From Octopus vulgaris (Eukaryota), in contig OX597835.1 of the NCBI GenBank assembly GCA_951406725.2, positions 22,568,001-22,632,000 of the forward strand: a DNA stretch of 64,000 bases, written 5' to 3'. Under the pieces are notes generated by a model. It searched no databases and was not told the DNA's origin. It worked only from the letters and a program-made list of their open reading frames with translations. The position numbers were made by a program, and so were the translations under genes. This document shows, piece by piece, positions 12,296 through 26,273 of this stretch; the stretch's first letter is position 1, and the number at the start of each line of letters is the position of its first letter.

Positions 12296-13403
12296 TTGTT
12301 ATCTGTTAGGGTCCCAGAGACACAGTAGACTGTCAGGTTATCTGCTAGGGCCCCAAAGACACAGTAGACTGTCAGGTTATCTGCTAGGGCCTCAGAGACA
12401 CAGTAGACTGTCAGGTTATCTGCTAGGGCCCCACAGACACAGTAGACTGTCAGGTTATCTGCTAGGGCCCCAGAGACACAGTAGACTGTTAGGTTATCTT
12501 CTAGGGCCCCACAGACACAGTAGACTGTCAGGTTATCTGCTAGGGCCTCAGAGACGCAGTAGACTGTCAGGTTATCTGCTAGGGCCCCAAAGACACAGTA
12601 GACTGTCAGGTTATCTGCTAGGGCCCCAGAGACACAGTAAACTATCAGGTTATCTGCTATGGTCTCAGAGACACAGTAGGCTGTCAGGTTATCTGCTAGG
12701 GTCCCAGCGACACATTAAACTATCAGGTTATCTGCTATGGTCCCAGAGACACAGTAGACTGTCAGGTTATCTGCTAGGGCCCCATAGACACAGTAGGCTG
12801 TCAGGTTATCTGCTAGGGTCCCAGCGACACAGTAAACTATCAGGTTATCTGCTATGGTCCCAGAGACACAGTAGACTGTCAAGTTATCTGCTAGGGTCCC
12901 AGAGATGCAGTAGACTGTCAGGTTATCTGCTATGGTCCCAGAGACACAATAGACTGTCAGGTTATCTGCTAGGGCCCCAAAGACACAGTAGACTGTCAGG
13001 TTATCTGCTAGGGCCTCAGAGACACAGTAGACTGTCAGGTTTTCTGCTAGGGCCCCAGAGACACAGTAGGCTGTCAGGTTATCTGCTAGGGCCCCAGAGA
13101 CACAGTAGACTGTCAGGTTATCTGCTAGGGCCCCAGAGACACAGTAGACTGTCAGGTTATCTGCTAGGGCCCCAGAGACACAGTAGGCTGTCAGGTTATC
13201 TGCTAGGGTCCCAGAGACCCAGTAAACTATCAGGTTATCTGCTACGGTCCCAGAGACGCAGTAGACTGTCAAGTTATCTGCTAGGGCCCCAGAGATGCAG
13301 TAGACTGTTAGGTTATCTGCTAGGGCCCCAGAGATGCAGTAGACTGTCAGGTTATCTGCTAGGGCCCCAGAGATGCAGTAGACTGTCAGGATATCTGCTA
13401 GGG
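12296..13403. repeat. 39-bp minisatellite, about 28 copies
   Basis: Unit GACACAGTAGACTGTCAGGTTATCTGCTAGGGCCCCAGA repeated head-to-tail with no spacers. Confidence 0.95.
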
Positions 13404-13725
13404 CAGTGGTTCTCAACTAGGGTTCATATGGCCCCTAGTAGGGTTCACTCCACAAAATATAAATTGGGGATCCACAATAGTATTTTAAGGGTGTCTGAAA
13501 AGATTTTGCTTTAGATGTATGTATTGCAAGAAACAACTGGCTTTCTTCAACATTTTACATACTTCAACATACAAAAGTTAATGTGTGAAAAACAAAATAG
13601 GGATTTTGAAAGACGTTTCTATAAAACTAGTTTTTAAACATTGAATGGCTACAGGGGAAGGGTCCACTAGAATAAAATAGTAATCAAAGGGGTCAATAGA
13701 TAAAAGAAACAGATGAGAACCCCTG
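13404..13725 (+). mobile_element. hAT (Charlie-like) MITE
   Basis: Termini CAGTGGTTCTCAA...GATGAGAACCCCTG; perfect 8-bp TSD TGCTAGGG (13396-13403 and 13726-13733). Confidence 0.9.
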
Positions 13726-14339
13726 TGCTAGGGCCTCAGGGACAACTCCCTATCTTCAGGAATAACCTGACAAGCTACTTACTCTCTGAGCCGCTTAGCA
13801 GCAGAATCAGATCATCATAAAATCCATAGATAGGAAAACGAATACATCAGCGATTGGATTATGGCCATGCCGGGGCACCATCTTGAAGGCTTTAGTTGAA
13901 AATCAATCACAGTACTTAATCTTTTAGTACTTACTCTGTAGGTCACTTTCGCTGAAACTGCAATGTTACAAGGATGTAAACAAACCCACACCAGTTCTCA
14001 AGCAGTGTGTGGAAGGCATACACAAACAAGCACACACACACGCGCGTGCGTGAAGGCTTCCACACAGTTTCGGCGTACTAAATTCCTTCACATGGCATTG
14101 GTCGGTCCAGGGCTATACTATAGACACTTGCACCCCAGGTGCTGTGCAGTGAAACTGAACTAGAATCTATGTGACTGTAAAACGAATTTTTTAACCACCT
14201 GGCCATAAATGAATTTAATTAGCAATCATTAATTTTTGTTTTCTTCTAATTGTTAGACTAATTAATTAAAAAAACAAAACAAAAAAAAAAACAATGCCTC
14301 CTGCCTCAACTTTAGTTCCTTCTTGATCACGTATCTTGC

Positions 14340-15273
<934 letters not shown>

Positions 15274-15276
15274 AGT

Positions 15277-15553
15277 GCAGCGTGGAAGGTGCTTATAAGC
15301 CATTTAAAAACACACAAAAACCATTATATTCACTATCAGATGCAGCATGGAATTTTGTCAGTGAACAGGTCGCGGTTTCAAAGAGACGAAAATAGTTTGC
15401 TAAATTAAATTAAATTTAAATGTTGAAGGGAATCTAACGGTTTTTGTGTGTGTGTTTTTAAATGGCTTATGAACGCCTTCCACGCTGCAATTGTTTTTTG
15501 TTTCAGCACACGATCCCAGATCAAGTCACTTGCTATGCAAGTACATTTCCGTA
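15277..15553. mobile_element. Microsatellite-flanked element with internal inversion, possibly Penelope-like
   Basis: 15277-15322 is an inverted copy of 15439-15489; bounded by (CA)n and (TA)n. Confidence 0.45.
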
Positions 15554-16734
15554 ATATATTTATATATATATATATATATATATAGCTTTATTGATCCTTC
15601 TAAGCAACCATATTGACGTCTCCGTGTGTGTGTGTGTGGGTGCGTGTTTTGATCAGTAAACACACGTGAAAATCCGACTAGAAATCTCAGTACTATAATT
15701 CACACACACATACACACACACACAGAGAAAACCATGAGTGATTTCCTATCTAGTCTTTTTCCACGTGCAAATATTTACTACGCAGTAACAATAGTTCAGT
15801 GAAACAACCCGACTACAGTACAGCGGACTGCTGCAACCACCACCGCCTGCACAGCCGCCGCCACCACCTCCCTAATGGCAAATTGCAACAACAACAACAA
15901 CAGCAGCAGCAGCAGCGTCACCATCTTCACGGCAGACTACTGTACTGCCTGCACCGCCGCCGCCACCACCACCACTACCACCTCTATTATCATCCTGGCG
16001 GCGGCGGTGGTGGTGGTGGTGGTTGTCATTGTTCTGTAACAGGTATTGTGGCGAATTACTAGTGGAATTAAAAGTGCCTTTGTCTCTGCTGCCTGTGGTG
16101 ATGAAACTGTTATTTAACCCCAGGTCAGGCTTAATATGGCAGCGTTTTTTTTTTTTTTTTTGTGTGTGTGATTAAAGATATTCCAGACGTGACCAACTCT
16201 TATTCTATTTATCCAGGTTACAATTATTAGATATCTTCCTTTTTATTTATCTATTTATATATATTGAAGCTGGTAAGGTGTTTGTTGTTGTAAGGGTGTT
16301 TTGCGAGGAAGATTTGGCTGCTATTTCTAGCTTATTCTGATGGTGGTGGTGGTGGTGGTGGTAGTTCGGATTTAGTGGGGGGGTTTTTTTTTTCCTTCTC
16401 TTTTTCCTGTTGTTTCTCCATATTGAATGCGAAGTCAGTTTGGTTCTGTTGATAATGAATAATTGTTTGAAATTATAAATTGTATATGATGCATTTACCC
16501 TCTGTGTGAGGTTATTTGTATGCATGCGGTGTGTTTATATATACTTGCTTGAATCTAGCAGTGAGAAATGTGTAATAGCGATAAACACAATACAATTACT
16601 GTCACAGCAAATATAATTATTTTGTATTCATGATGATGTTTTGCTATTTATACATTTGGACAAAGCAAAGCGAGGTACTTGTAGTAGTATATATATTACA
16701 AGCTCTGTATGAAATAGTCCGTCCAGCGAAAGAA

Positions 16735-17115
16735 AGGGGCACTTGCTGTTCAGCTTACTATTAAAATATGTCTAGCCACCCACTTTCATTAAGGGGTTGG
16801 TAGCGGTGGTGGATATTTTGCTGATATATTTAGCTTACTATTGAAACATGTCCATCCCGCTTTTATTCAATAAAAGAAGGGGGATACTTGCTGTTATATT
16901 TAGCTCACTATGAAATATGTTTAACCAACCCTTTTATTAATCAGAAAAAGGGGATACTTGTTATATTTAGCTTATCGTGAAATATTATTGAACAAAGGAA
17001 AAAGGGGTACTTGCTATTATAGTTAGCTAACTATGAAATCTGTCTAGCCACCCCCTTTTATTAAACAAAAAAAGGGGATACTTGTTCTTATATATTAGCT
17101 TTCTGTGAAATATGT
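16735..17115. repeat. Degenerate ~62-70-bp minisatellite, about 6 copies
   Basis: Recurrent GGGGATACTTGCTGTTATATTTAGCTTACTATGAAATATGTC... Confidence 0.8.
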
Positions 17116-18570
17116 CCAGGGTTTTTTCTGTTTCGCTCACATTAACTGAGAAAAGATCCTATGTCCGTTCACCTCTTTATGAAATAAAGAATAGGGGTGC
17201 TTGTTATTATATTTGGTTCCCTGTGCAATCCCTTTCTTCCTTTTATTATTATCACTCCTCATTGTGTGTGTATGTGTGTGGTATCTTAGATATACTTCTC
17301 GAATTAATAACACTGCATTACAATGATCCCTGCAGCGAGGTAAGGCAAAATAAAACGTTGCCAGATTTGAACTCTCGACGATAGGGTCCTCCCCAGCAAA
17401 AGTCCTCCCACTAGTTTCCGTCATATGGCTGAGGCCGGCCATGCTGGGATTATTATTTTCAAGGGGTATAGTCGAATATAATTAACTCTCATCCCTTCTG
17501 CTCAGTGCTTGCAGACTGTGGGTACTTTATTTCTGTCGACACCCCGGGAGGACAGGATAAAATTTGACGTCCGCAGGATTTGAACTCAGAACTTAAATGG
17601 ACAAAAAAAAAAAAAAAAAAAATCCCTGACTGTCACCAGCTGTTTTTATCCGATGCTCTAACGATCCCACTATTATCACCCACCATGTAGCTTAGCGAAT
17701 TCATTAGAAAAAATACAAATTTAAATGTTACTGTTGTTTAACCCTGATCCCGTAGAGTTATTAAAGACATTCCTCGTCATAAGTATCTCGTCCTTTTATT
17801 CATAGTGTATTTAGGATGACAGGCAAGGTTTGTGATTAGAGGTAAAATTTGGCTGTTATTTCTTTCACAGTAGGGAGCCTTTTTTTAAGTACCAGGGTTG
17901 AATTGCAAGTTTTAAAAAAATAAGTCCTAGAGTAAAACATCTGTTTAGGGTGTTTATCGATAAAGGAATCTTAGAAGTTCACAAATTCCTAAAATAAGCA
18001 ACAAGTATTGACGGACTGTTTCGACTGAAAGACTCAAACCGTTTGTTATTTGTGTGTGTGTGTGTGTGTGTGTTTTAAGATTGTCGGCAGCCGATTTCAA
18101 ATTTGAACGTGATTTGCCGCCTGTGAATTAAGGGGGGTTCTCCCAATCCTGGTTTAAGCACTCCCTTATTAGGCCTCTTTTTTTAATGTGTGTATTGATG
18201 TTGTTGAGTGTTATTCAAAATCTGTGTCCCACCGTTTCCACCTTTGTCACTCTTCCAAGCCTGCTCGTAATAAAATTATCTAATAACACAGGAGAAACCT
18301 ATAAATGTTCGCCTTTGTTCTTCGGCTGCCCTCCTTCTCCTATCTCTATCTCGCTCTCTCTTTCTTTCTCTCTCTCTCTCTAAGCAAAGGAGGCACAACT
18401 GGTGGCAGGAAGAGTGTGTCAGTGTGTATAGAGCTTGCAAGACAGTAACCTAGTTATTTAGGTCAGCAACTGATGTGTACTACGGGACCTTGTGGTCAAC
18501 TTTTAAATCTTCCTTCCTTCCTTCAAGGAGTAGGGTAGCTGTGTGGCGGAGGAGCAGATAAAACTATATT

Positions 18571-18607
<37 letters not shown>

Positions 18608-18762
18608 ATGTCCGAAACTACTAAATCACTGTTAACAAACACCCTTGTATAAGAAATAATAATAAATTTGTACTCTACAAAAGTATAGTTTAACCTATCA
18701 GGTTAATGTAAATTTGAACACAAAAAGAAACGAAATACACGCATATATGCATGTACACACAA

Positions 18763-18795
<33 letters not shown>

Positions 18796-18878
18796 CATAC
18801 AAAAAAATACAGGCATGTCTCAATTTTCTAATTAGTTCCAGGAAATGATTTAATATGAAAAACGACGTAACACGTTAA

Positions 18879-19308
18879 AAGGCGATCTTTCGTCTCTAGT
18901 AGACCTTTCCGTCAATTTCCGTAAAAAAATTTTTTTTCTTTTTTACATATGGGCTTGCGGGAACTTTTGAAGTAATATACATACATATACACATACACCG
19001 AGTAAAAAATTTCAGTTATCTCTTTCTTTCACACATTACTCTGTCTCTTCACACACACTAACAGAAGCACTTCACTTACACAACATACTGTCTGTCTCCC
19101 ACATCCCCATCAGACACACACACACACACACACATGTACATCAATGCTTCGGTAACTTCAAAAGAACTTCCCTCGTCATACAATCGCTTTCTCTTAGTCT
19201 CTTTCGCTCTCATTACTTCAAAAGTTCCCGCAAACCCATATGTAAAAAAAAAAAAATTTTTTTTACGGAAATCGACGGAAAGGTCTACTAGAGACGAAAG
19301 ATTGCCCT
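18879..19308. mobile_element. MITE with ~100-bp TIRs and TTAA TSD (Kolobok-like)
   Basis: TTAA|AAGGCGATCTTTCGTCTCTAGTAGACC... and ...GGTCTACTAGAGACGAAAGATTGCCCT|TTAA; purine-start termini. Confidence 0.75.
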
Positions 19309-20524
19309 TTAAGATATTCGCTCATATCTGTTTTAATAAACGGTCAGTGCATATTTTCACGTTTTATTGGATTTTTCCACATCAGTATTGGTTTTAGGTG
19401 GAGAGATTTTTCTATTTTTTAAAAATTTTATGGTTTAAAGCATGCTTGTTGAGACCAGTGTAAAGTTGGATAAATCGACTGAAAATTTAGGTTTATTTTT
19501 ATTTCTAATTTCTTAAACGAATAAAAAGACATAACCTGAGGTACGCCTGGTAAGAAATTTGCTTCCCAACCACATGGTTCTGGGTTCAGTCCCACCGTGA
19601 GGCCTCGTGAGTGGATTTGATAAACGAAAACTGAAAGGAGCTTTTCTGTGTGTGTCTATATCTGTTTGTCCCCCAAAACTGCTTGACAACTGGTGTTGGT
19701 TGTCTACGTCCCTGTAACTTAGCGATTCGGCAAAAGCAAACGATAGAATAAGTACCAGGCCTTCAATAAAAAAGTACTGGGGTCGATACATTTGAGTAAG
19801 AATTCTTCAAGACAGTGCCCCTGCATTCTCACATTCCAATGATTGAAACTAGTCAAAAATAAACGATTGTGTGTATATATATATATATAATCTGGCGGCA
19901 CAAGTGTGGCTGTGTGTAAGAAGCTTGCTTTCCAACCACACGGTTCCAGGTTCAGTCCCACTGCATGGCACCTTGAGTAAGTGCCTTTTACTATAGTTCC
20001 GGGTCAACCAAACCCTTGTAAGTGGATTTGGCTGACCGAAACTGAAGAGTCCTGGGGTCGGCTTGTTCGACTGAAACCCTTCAAGGCGGTGCTCCAGCAT
20101 GGCAACAGTTTCAATGACTGACACAAATAAAATAAATATCTTTTATCTTTTTACTCGCTTCGGTCATTTGACTGCAGTCATGCTGGGGCACTGCCTGGAG
20201 GAATTTTAGTCGAATGTTCCTTTTTTTTTAAAAAGACCTGGTCACTTTTGCTGAGCCGCTAAGTCACGGGGACGTAAACACACCAGCACAGGTTGTCTGT
20301 CAAGCGGTGTTGAGGGACAAACACAGATAAACGCGCGCGCCCACATATGACAGCCTTCTTTCAGTTTCCGTCTACCAATTCCACTCACAAGGCTTTGGTC
20401 GGCGCAAGGCTGTAGTAGAAGGCACTTGCCCAAGGTATCACGCAGTGGGTCTGAACCGGGAACTATGTGGTTGGTAAGCAAGCTACTTACCACACAGCCA
20501 CTCCTATATATATATATATATATA

Positions 20525-20892
20525 CTCTTTTACTTGTTTCAGTCATTTGACTGTGGCCATGCTGGAGCACCGCCTTTAATCGAGCAACTCGACCCCCAGG
20601 ACTTATTCTTTTGTAAGCCCAGTACTTATTCTATCGGTCTCATTTGCCGAACCGCTAAGTGACGGGGACATAAACACACCAGCATTGGTTGTCAAGCAAT
20701 GCTAGTGGACAAACACAGACACACAAACACACACACGCATACATATATATATATACAACGGGCTTCTTTCAGTTTCCGTCTACCAAATCCACTCACAAGG
20801 CTTTGGTCGGCCCGAGGCTATAGCAGAAGACACTTACCCAAGGTGCCACGCAGTGGGACTGAACCCAGAACCATGCGGTTGGTAGACAAGCT
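20525..20892 (-). mobile_element. SINE family A, within a cluster of four copies at 19545-20892
   Basis: Reverse match to family A; + strand copies at ~19545 and ~19895 and another - strand copy at ~20150-20503. Confidence 0.8.
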
Positions 20893-21431
20893 ATTTATAT
20901 ATATATATATATATAATTTTGAATAATTTGGGTAAAAATTTACAAGCTCTATTATCTTTTGGCTACAGTGGGGTATATATATAATGTGCCCGTGAGAGAG
21001 AGAGAGAGAGCACTTTGGTCATGTTTGTACTGTTGCTTAAATATTTGTGAACATACCAAGGCTGCTAAAAAAAAATGTGATTGTGTTTATGTCAATAATC
21101 TTGGTTTTGTTTACTCTGCACGTTATACATGTGTGTGTACTCGACTAAGTCCACCATATGTACTTTAGCTGTAACGCTAACTTGCCATATAACAGTGAGG
21201 TTATGCGTTATATATTCACATTTCTTTTGACTGTGTAGAAAGGGCATAGGGCTGAATTATTCCTGGCGCTGACATTGATTTAAAAGTAAAACAGCAGTAA
21301 GGGTTACTGCTTCAGTCCCAGGTCAACACTGGTTTTTAGCAGACCTATAATCAAAAGCATTCCACACACACAAATGGGTATGCATATACTACCACATACA
21401 ACAAAAACATGCACAGGTGCACACACAAAGG

Positions 21432-21880
21432 TATACACACATATACACAGGCACACACACACATATACACAGGCACACACACACATATACACAGGCACAC
21501 ACACACATATACACAGGCACACACACACATATACACAGGCACACACACACATATACACAGGCACACACACACATATACACAGGCACACACATATACACAG
21601 GCACACACACACATACACAGGCACACACACACATATACGCAAGCACACTCACATATACGCAAGCACACACACACATATACACAGGCACACACACACATAT
21701 ACACAGGCACACACACATATACACAGGCACACACACACATACACAGGCACACACACATATACACAGGCACACACACATATACACAGGCACACACACATAT
21801 ACACAGGCACACACACATATACACAGGCACACACACATATACACAGGCACACACACATACGCAGGCACACACACACACAC
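21432..21880. repeat. 20-22-bp (CA)-derived minisatellite
   Basis: Unit ACAGGCACACACAC(AC)ATATAC. Confidence 0.95.
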
Positions 21881-23249
21881 ACATTTACATGCACAACATT
21901 TCACCATGTATAATTTGTAATTTTCAAGCAGGTTTTCAGATGTGTAACAGTCTTTGTGTGTGTGTATGAACATCACTATTTTACTGTTTACTTTTCCTTG
22001 ACTGCATTTATTTAGAGTCTAAGGCAGATTTTTGTGCTGCTGGATGCTCTTCCTGTTGCCAACCCTTACTCGTTTCGAAACAAGGTAATATTGTTCTCAC
22101 AAGAGACTGGAAATGAATGACACTCTTTGTTAGACAATGACAATGGTAATCATGCAATAGCGAGATGGTGAGACAAACATACTCCTTTCTCTCTCTCTAC
22201 ACACACACACACACACTCAGAGGCTTCTTTCAGTTGTCATTTACCAAATTCATTCACAAGGTTCGGGATTAAACTTAGAATATAAAATATTTCTAAATGG
22301 GGACAAATTCTTTTAAATATGAGTTTTGTAATTGGAGTAAACAACCAGGATGTCATTTTAGAAGATATTTACTCAGTCTGTGTTACTATGTGATTTCCTG
22401 AGCAAGTGTCTTCTATATTCTTGGGCTGACCAGTGCTTTGCCAGAAAATGTGGTGTACAGAAAATTTATGGCAGCTTTGTGTGTGTGTACACTCACTCTA
22501 AAAATAGGTTTGTCTCGTGACTTAAGTTTTATGACACTGTGATCTGCAATTGAGAACTGTTACAACTCAGTAATATTGTAACAGTTCTCACCTGAAGACT
22601 GCAGTTGCATGAAACTTGATTTGTGGGACAAAATGTCAGTTTCAGTTGCCATACAAAGAAATAACATATCAGTAATGTGTATTGATCACTCTCCTCTCAT
22701 TTGTCTAACATAAACGAACACAAGTATGTGTATGTACACACACACACACGTGTGTGTGTGTGTAAATATTGGTATTCTGCATTGTTTGTCACTGTCTAAT
22801 GTACTTTAGATTTTTGAACTGGTAAACAAAGAATTTCTTGATTTTCTTTTCTCTTATATTCTTATATATTCCTCTATTTCTTCTTACTACTTTATAACCT
22901 TTGCCATAAGGCTCCACTTCCACACACACACACCAGCTTAATTTAATTTGTCCTTAGTCGAAAGACACCTGTTGTTTGCATCTGTATTTGTGTACCATTT
23001 CTCTGCCCCCTGTCCCATCCTTGTTTTCGTATACATTCGCCACTTTCTTCCTAGTAATCTAGTGCTCTTAGCTTAGATTTTTTGCAGTTATGATAAAATA
23101 ATAAAAAAAAGGTATAACAGTACAGTACTGTTTCTATTTTGTGGATTTTCACCTATTGCAGGGAGTTTTGGAATGTAATACCGGCTATAGTCGAGGGATT
23201 GTTGTATTTATTTCTGCTTTTAACTTGTAAGATTGTGAATTAGCCACCC

Positions 23250-23284
<35 letters not shown>

Positions 23285-23337
23285 TATAGATCGTTAGCTC
23301 CTACACGCATTTTTCTCTCCTTGTTTTTTTCTGTGTA

Positions 23338-23375
23338 TCTTTCTGTCGAAGAGCGTAGGCTCGAAACGTAAAAGA
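23338..23375 (+). ncRNA. Minimal type-I hammerhead ribozyme-like motif (PLE type)
   Basis: TCTTT-CTGTCGA-A-GAGC-GTAG-GCTC-GAAA-CG-TA-AAAGA: stem I 5 bp, stem II 4 bp, palindromic stem III ACGT; core has T at A6; lies in a ~190-bp unit between (TA)n tracts. Confidence 0.65.
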
Positions 23376-23468
23376 CCTTTTCTATTTCTATTCCTGAGCG
23401 CTATACTAATACATTTGTTTGTTTGTACTCCACCTGCCTTCGTCTTTTGTTTATTTTCGTAAACTTTC

Positions 23469-23518
<50 letters not shown>

Positions 23519-24894
23519 ATTTTGTCTGTCCCATCGCTTAACAGCTGGTTGTCTCTGTAACTTAGCAGTTCAGCAAAAGGCACCAATAGAATAAGTACCA
23601 GGCTTAAAAAAAACAAAAATTAACTTCCGGGGTCATTTGACCCCACTAAAAAAACCTTCAAGGTGGTGCTCCAGCATGGCCGCAGTCTGATACATGTAAA
23701 AGATAAAAGACAATTTAGTAGAATAATCCTTTCTGCTATAAGCACAAGGCCTGACATTTTTGGGGAGGGGCCAGTTGATTAGATCGACCCTCCCCCAGTA
23801 TGCAACTGGTACTTCATTTATCAACCCCCGAAAGGATGAAAGGTAAAGTCGACCTCAGCAGAATTTGAACTTAGAACGTAGCAGCAAACGAAATACCGCT
23901 AAGTATTTCGCCTGGTATGCTAACGATTCTGCCAATAATTTAGTAGAATAATGTCTACATAATGAGTCATCAATTAACATGAAATTTTGATGGCTGGTTT
24001 CAACTGAAATCCCTTTAAAACAGACACATAGCATCATAAAACTAAGTGGGTGTGGTCACTGGCAGGTTGGTATCAAGGGAGTTTAGTTTTATTCTTTTGA
24101 AGATAACAGTGTGATTTGAAGGAGATTTAGCTGCTATGTCTAGCAAGTGGAACCACCATGTAGCAGCTCTGTCTTTGGATTGTTAGCTCCTGCTCAGCCA
24201 TGATGAAGTTGTACTAAGATCAAAGACTCCTTCATTAGCTCAATAAAAGATTACTCGTTAGTTTGTTTCTGATGTTGTTGATGGTATCAATGTCAATGAT
24301 TGTTCTGTTAATTATAGTAGCGTAATTACCAAAGATACTATTTAAGAAAACTCAATAATAACTTTGAAATATTGTTTTAGGATCTGATAGCGTTTCCTTT
24401 CTCTAATTTAATTAAAATCTTTCATTGATAAAATATTTACTTTTATTTGTTTGTGATTTTTAAAAAATTAAATTTGATCATTTTTATAGCATTTTTTTTT
24501 GTCATGTGTATACAGTTAATTACTCTACACACACAACACATACACTTAAGAAACCTATGGTGTGTGTCTGTGAGAGAGAGAGAGAGAGAGAGAGAGAATA
24601 TTTGTGCCCTTGACATTGTGTGATAGTTGTAAATGAGTGTCACTGTCATACAAGCAGTGTTGTTTCCAATACTCTGTGGAAACACCTAGCCATAGAAAAA
24701 CAATAATTTGTTTAGAAACACATGAGGGTTTGCAACAGGAAGGGTATCTGAAGACCTACCTCAATAAATCCCATCTGATTAACACAAAAAAAAGAGAAGA
24801 AAATTACCTAACAAATCTACTTACAAGGTTTTGATTATTCTGAGGTTATAGTGAAAGACACTTACCCAAGGTCTGGGACTGACTCTAAAGCCAG

Positions 24895-25278
24895 TCTTCG
24901 TCATCGCCTGAATCTCCAGCCCCTCCCTTCGGTGCTTTTACAATGGTGCTTAAGATGGTTCGGTCATGTGGCCCGGCGTCCAGAGGGTGAGCTGATTCGT
25001 GATGTCCTCCTCCCACCTTCACTTCCCAGCTGGCGCAAACGCGCGGGCGGGCAGCTGAAGACCCGGGCAACGACGATAAAGGAGGACCTCTCCAAACTAT
25101 CGGGTCTGCAGGTGGTCGGTCTGCGCAGATGGAACTGCGAATGGCTTGCTATCTCCAGTGACCTCGCACGGGACTGTTGAGTGTGGGTGGCCATGGTTCG
25201 TGATGCCGTTAGGACCAGAGAAGCTGCTGGCTCAACCCGCACTGGGTGAATGCCGTCACAAGTACAAGTAAGTACAAA
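24895..25278 (+). mobile_element. RTE-clade LINE 3' end
   Basis: LRWFGHVARRPEGELIRDVL...WRKRAGGQLKT...IKEDL; tail ACAAGTACAAGTAAGTAC. Confidence 0.85.
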
Positions 25279-25661
25279 TACATGTGGATGGCAAGCAAAC
25301 TCTTTAAGTACACAACTATTCCTGCATTAGGAAGGGCATCCAGCCTTAGAAACGATACCAAACCAGTCAGTAGGGCTTGGTGCAGTCTTCTGACCTGCCA
25401 GTTCCTGTTGAACCATCCAACCCATGCCAGTTGGACATTAATGATGGTGACTGTGTGTGTGTGTGTGCGAGCATGCATGTGTGATCATCAAATGACCATT
25501 TTCCATGCTGGCATGGGTTGGATGGTTTGACAAGAACTAGTCAGTCAGAGGACTGCACTGAGCTCCACTGTCTACTTTGACATAGTTTTTATCTTCTAAC
25601 CAACCACTTTACAGAATGGACCAGGTGCTTTATATATATGTATATATATATATATATATGT

Positions 25662-26031
25662 GGAAGCACTCCGTCGGTTATGACGATGAGGGTTCCGGTT
25701 GATCCGAATCAATGGAACAGCCTGCTCGTGAAATTAACGTGTAAGTGGCTGAGCACTCCACAGACACGTGTACCCTTAACGTAGTTCTCGGGGATATTCA
25801 GCGTGACACAGAGAGTGACAAGGCTGGCCCTTTGAAATACAGGTACAACAGAAACAGGAAGTAAGAGTGAGAGAAAGTTGTGGCGAAAGAGTACAGCAGG
25901 GATCACCACCATCCCCTGCCGGAGCCTCGTGGAGCTTTAGGTGATTTCACTCAATAAACACTCACAATGCCCGGTCTGGGAATTGAAACCGCGAGTCCGC
26001 TGCCCTAACCACTGGGCCATTGCGCCTCCAC
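25662..26031 (-). mobile_element. tRNA-derived SINE family D
   Basis: Minus-strand head GTGGAGGCGCAATGGCCCAGTGGTTAGGGC; near-identical to 49843-50218. Confidence 0.85.
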
Positions 26032-26053
26032 TGTATATATATATATATATGTA

Positions 26054-26273
26054 CAGGATGGCTCAAAAGTAGGTTTACAGTTATCTTGTAGGCACTTTAA
26101 ATTTCTTTTAAAACATTTTATTATTTTTAAATTTCTATCTTACAATTAACTAAATTAGCACAGAATAATGGTTTCATATTTTTTTATAATTGAGATCTAA
26201 ATTGTTAATATATGAATGCGAAAGAGATAGTTGAATAGCTGTAAACCTATAAACCTACTTTTAGGCCACCCTG
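26054..26273. mobile_element. Tc1/mariner-type MITE
   Basis: TA|CAGGATGGCTCAAAAGTAGGTTTA ... TAAACCTACTTTTAGGCCACCCTG inverted termini. Confidence 0.7.

Noticed and set aside
12715-13416. 233-aa ORF of 13-aa repeats (LADNLTVYCVSGA), or a CRISPR-like array
   Set aside because: A 39-bp unit keeps frame trivially; the start lies in a MITE, a stop occurs mid-array, and there are no unique spacers or cas genes.
15799-16062. Poly-Q/H/G ORF resembling a transcription-factor low-complexity exon
   Set aside because: Trinucleotide microsatellite mosaic without splice signals or a recognisable domain.
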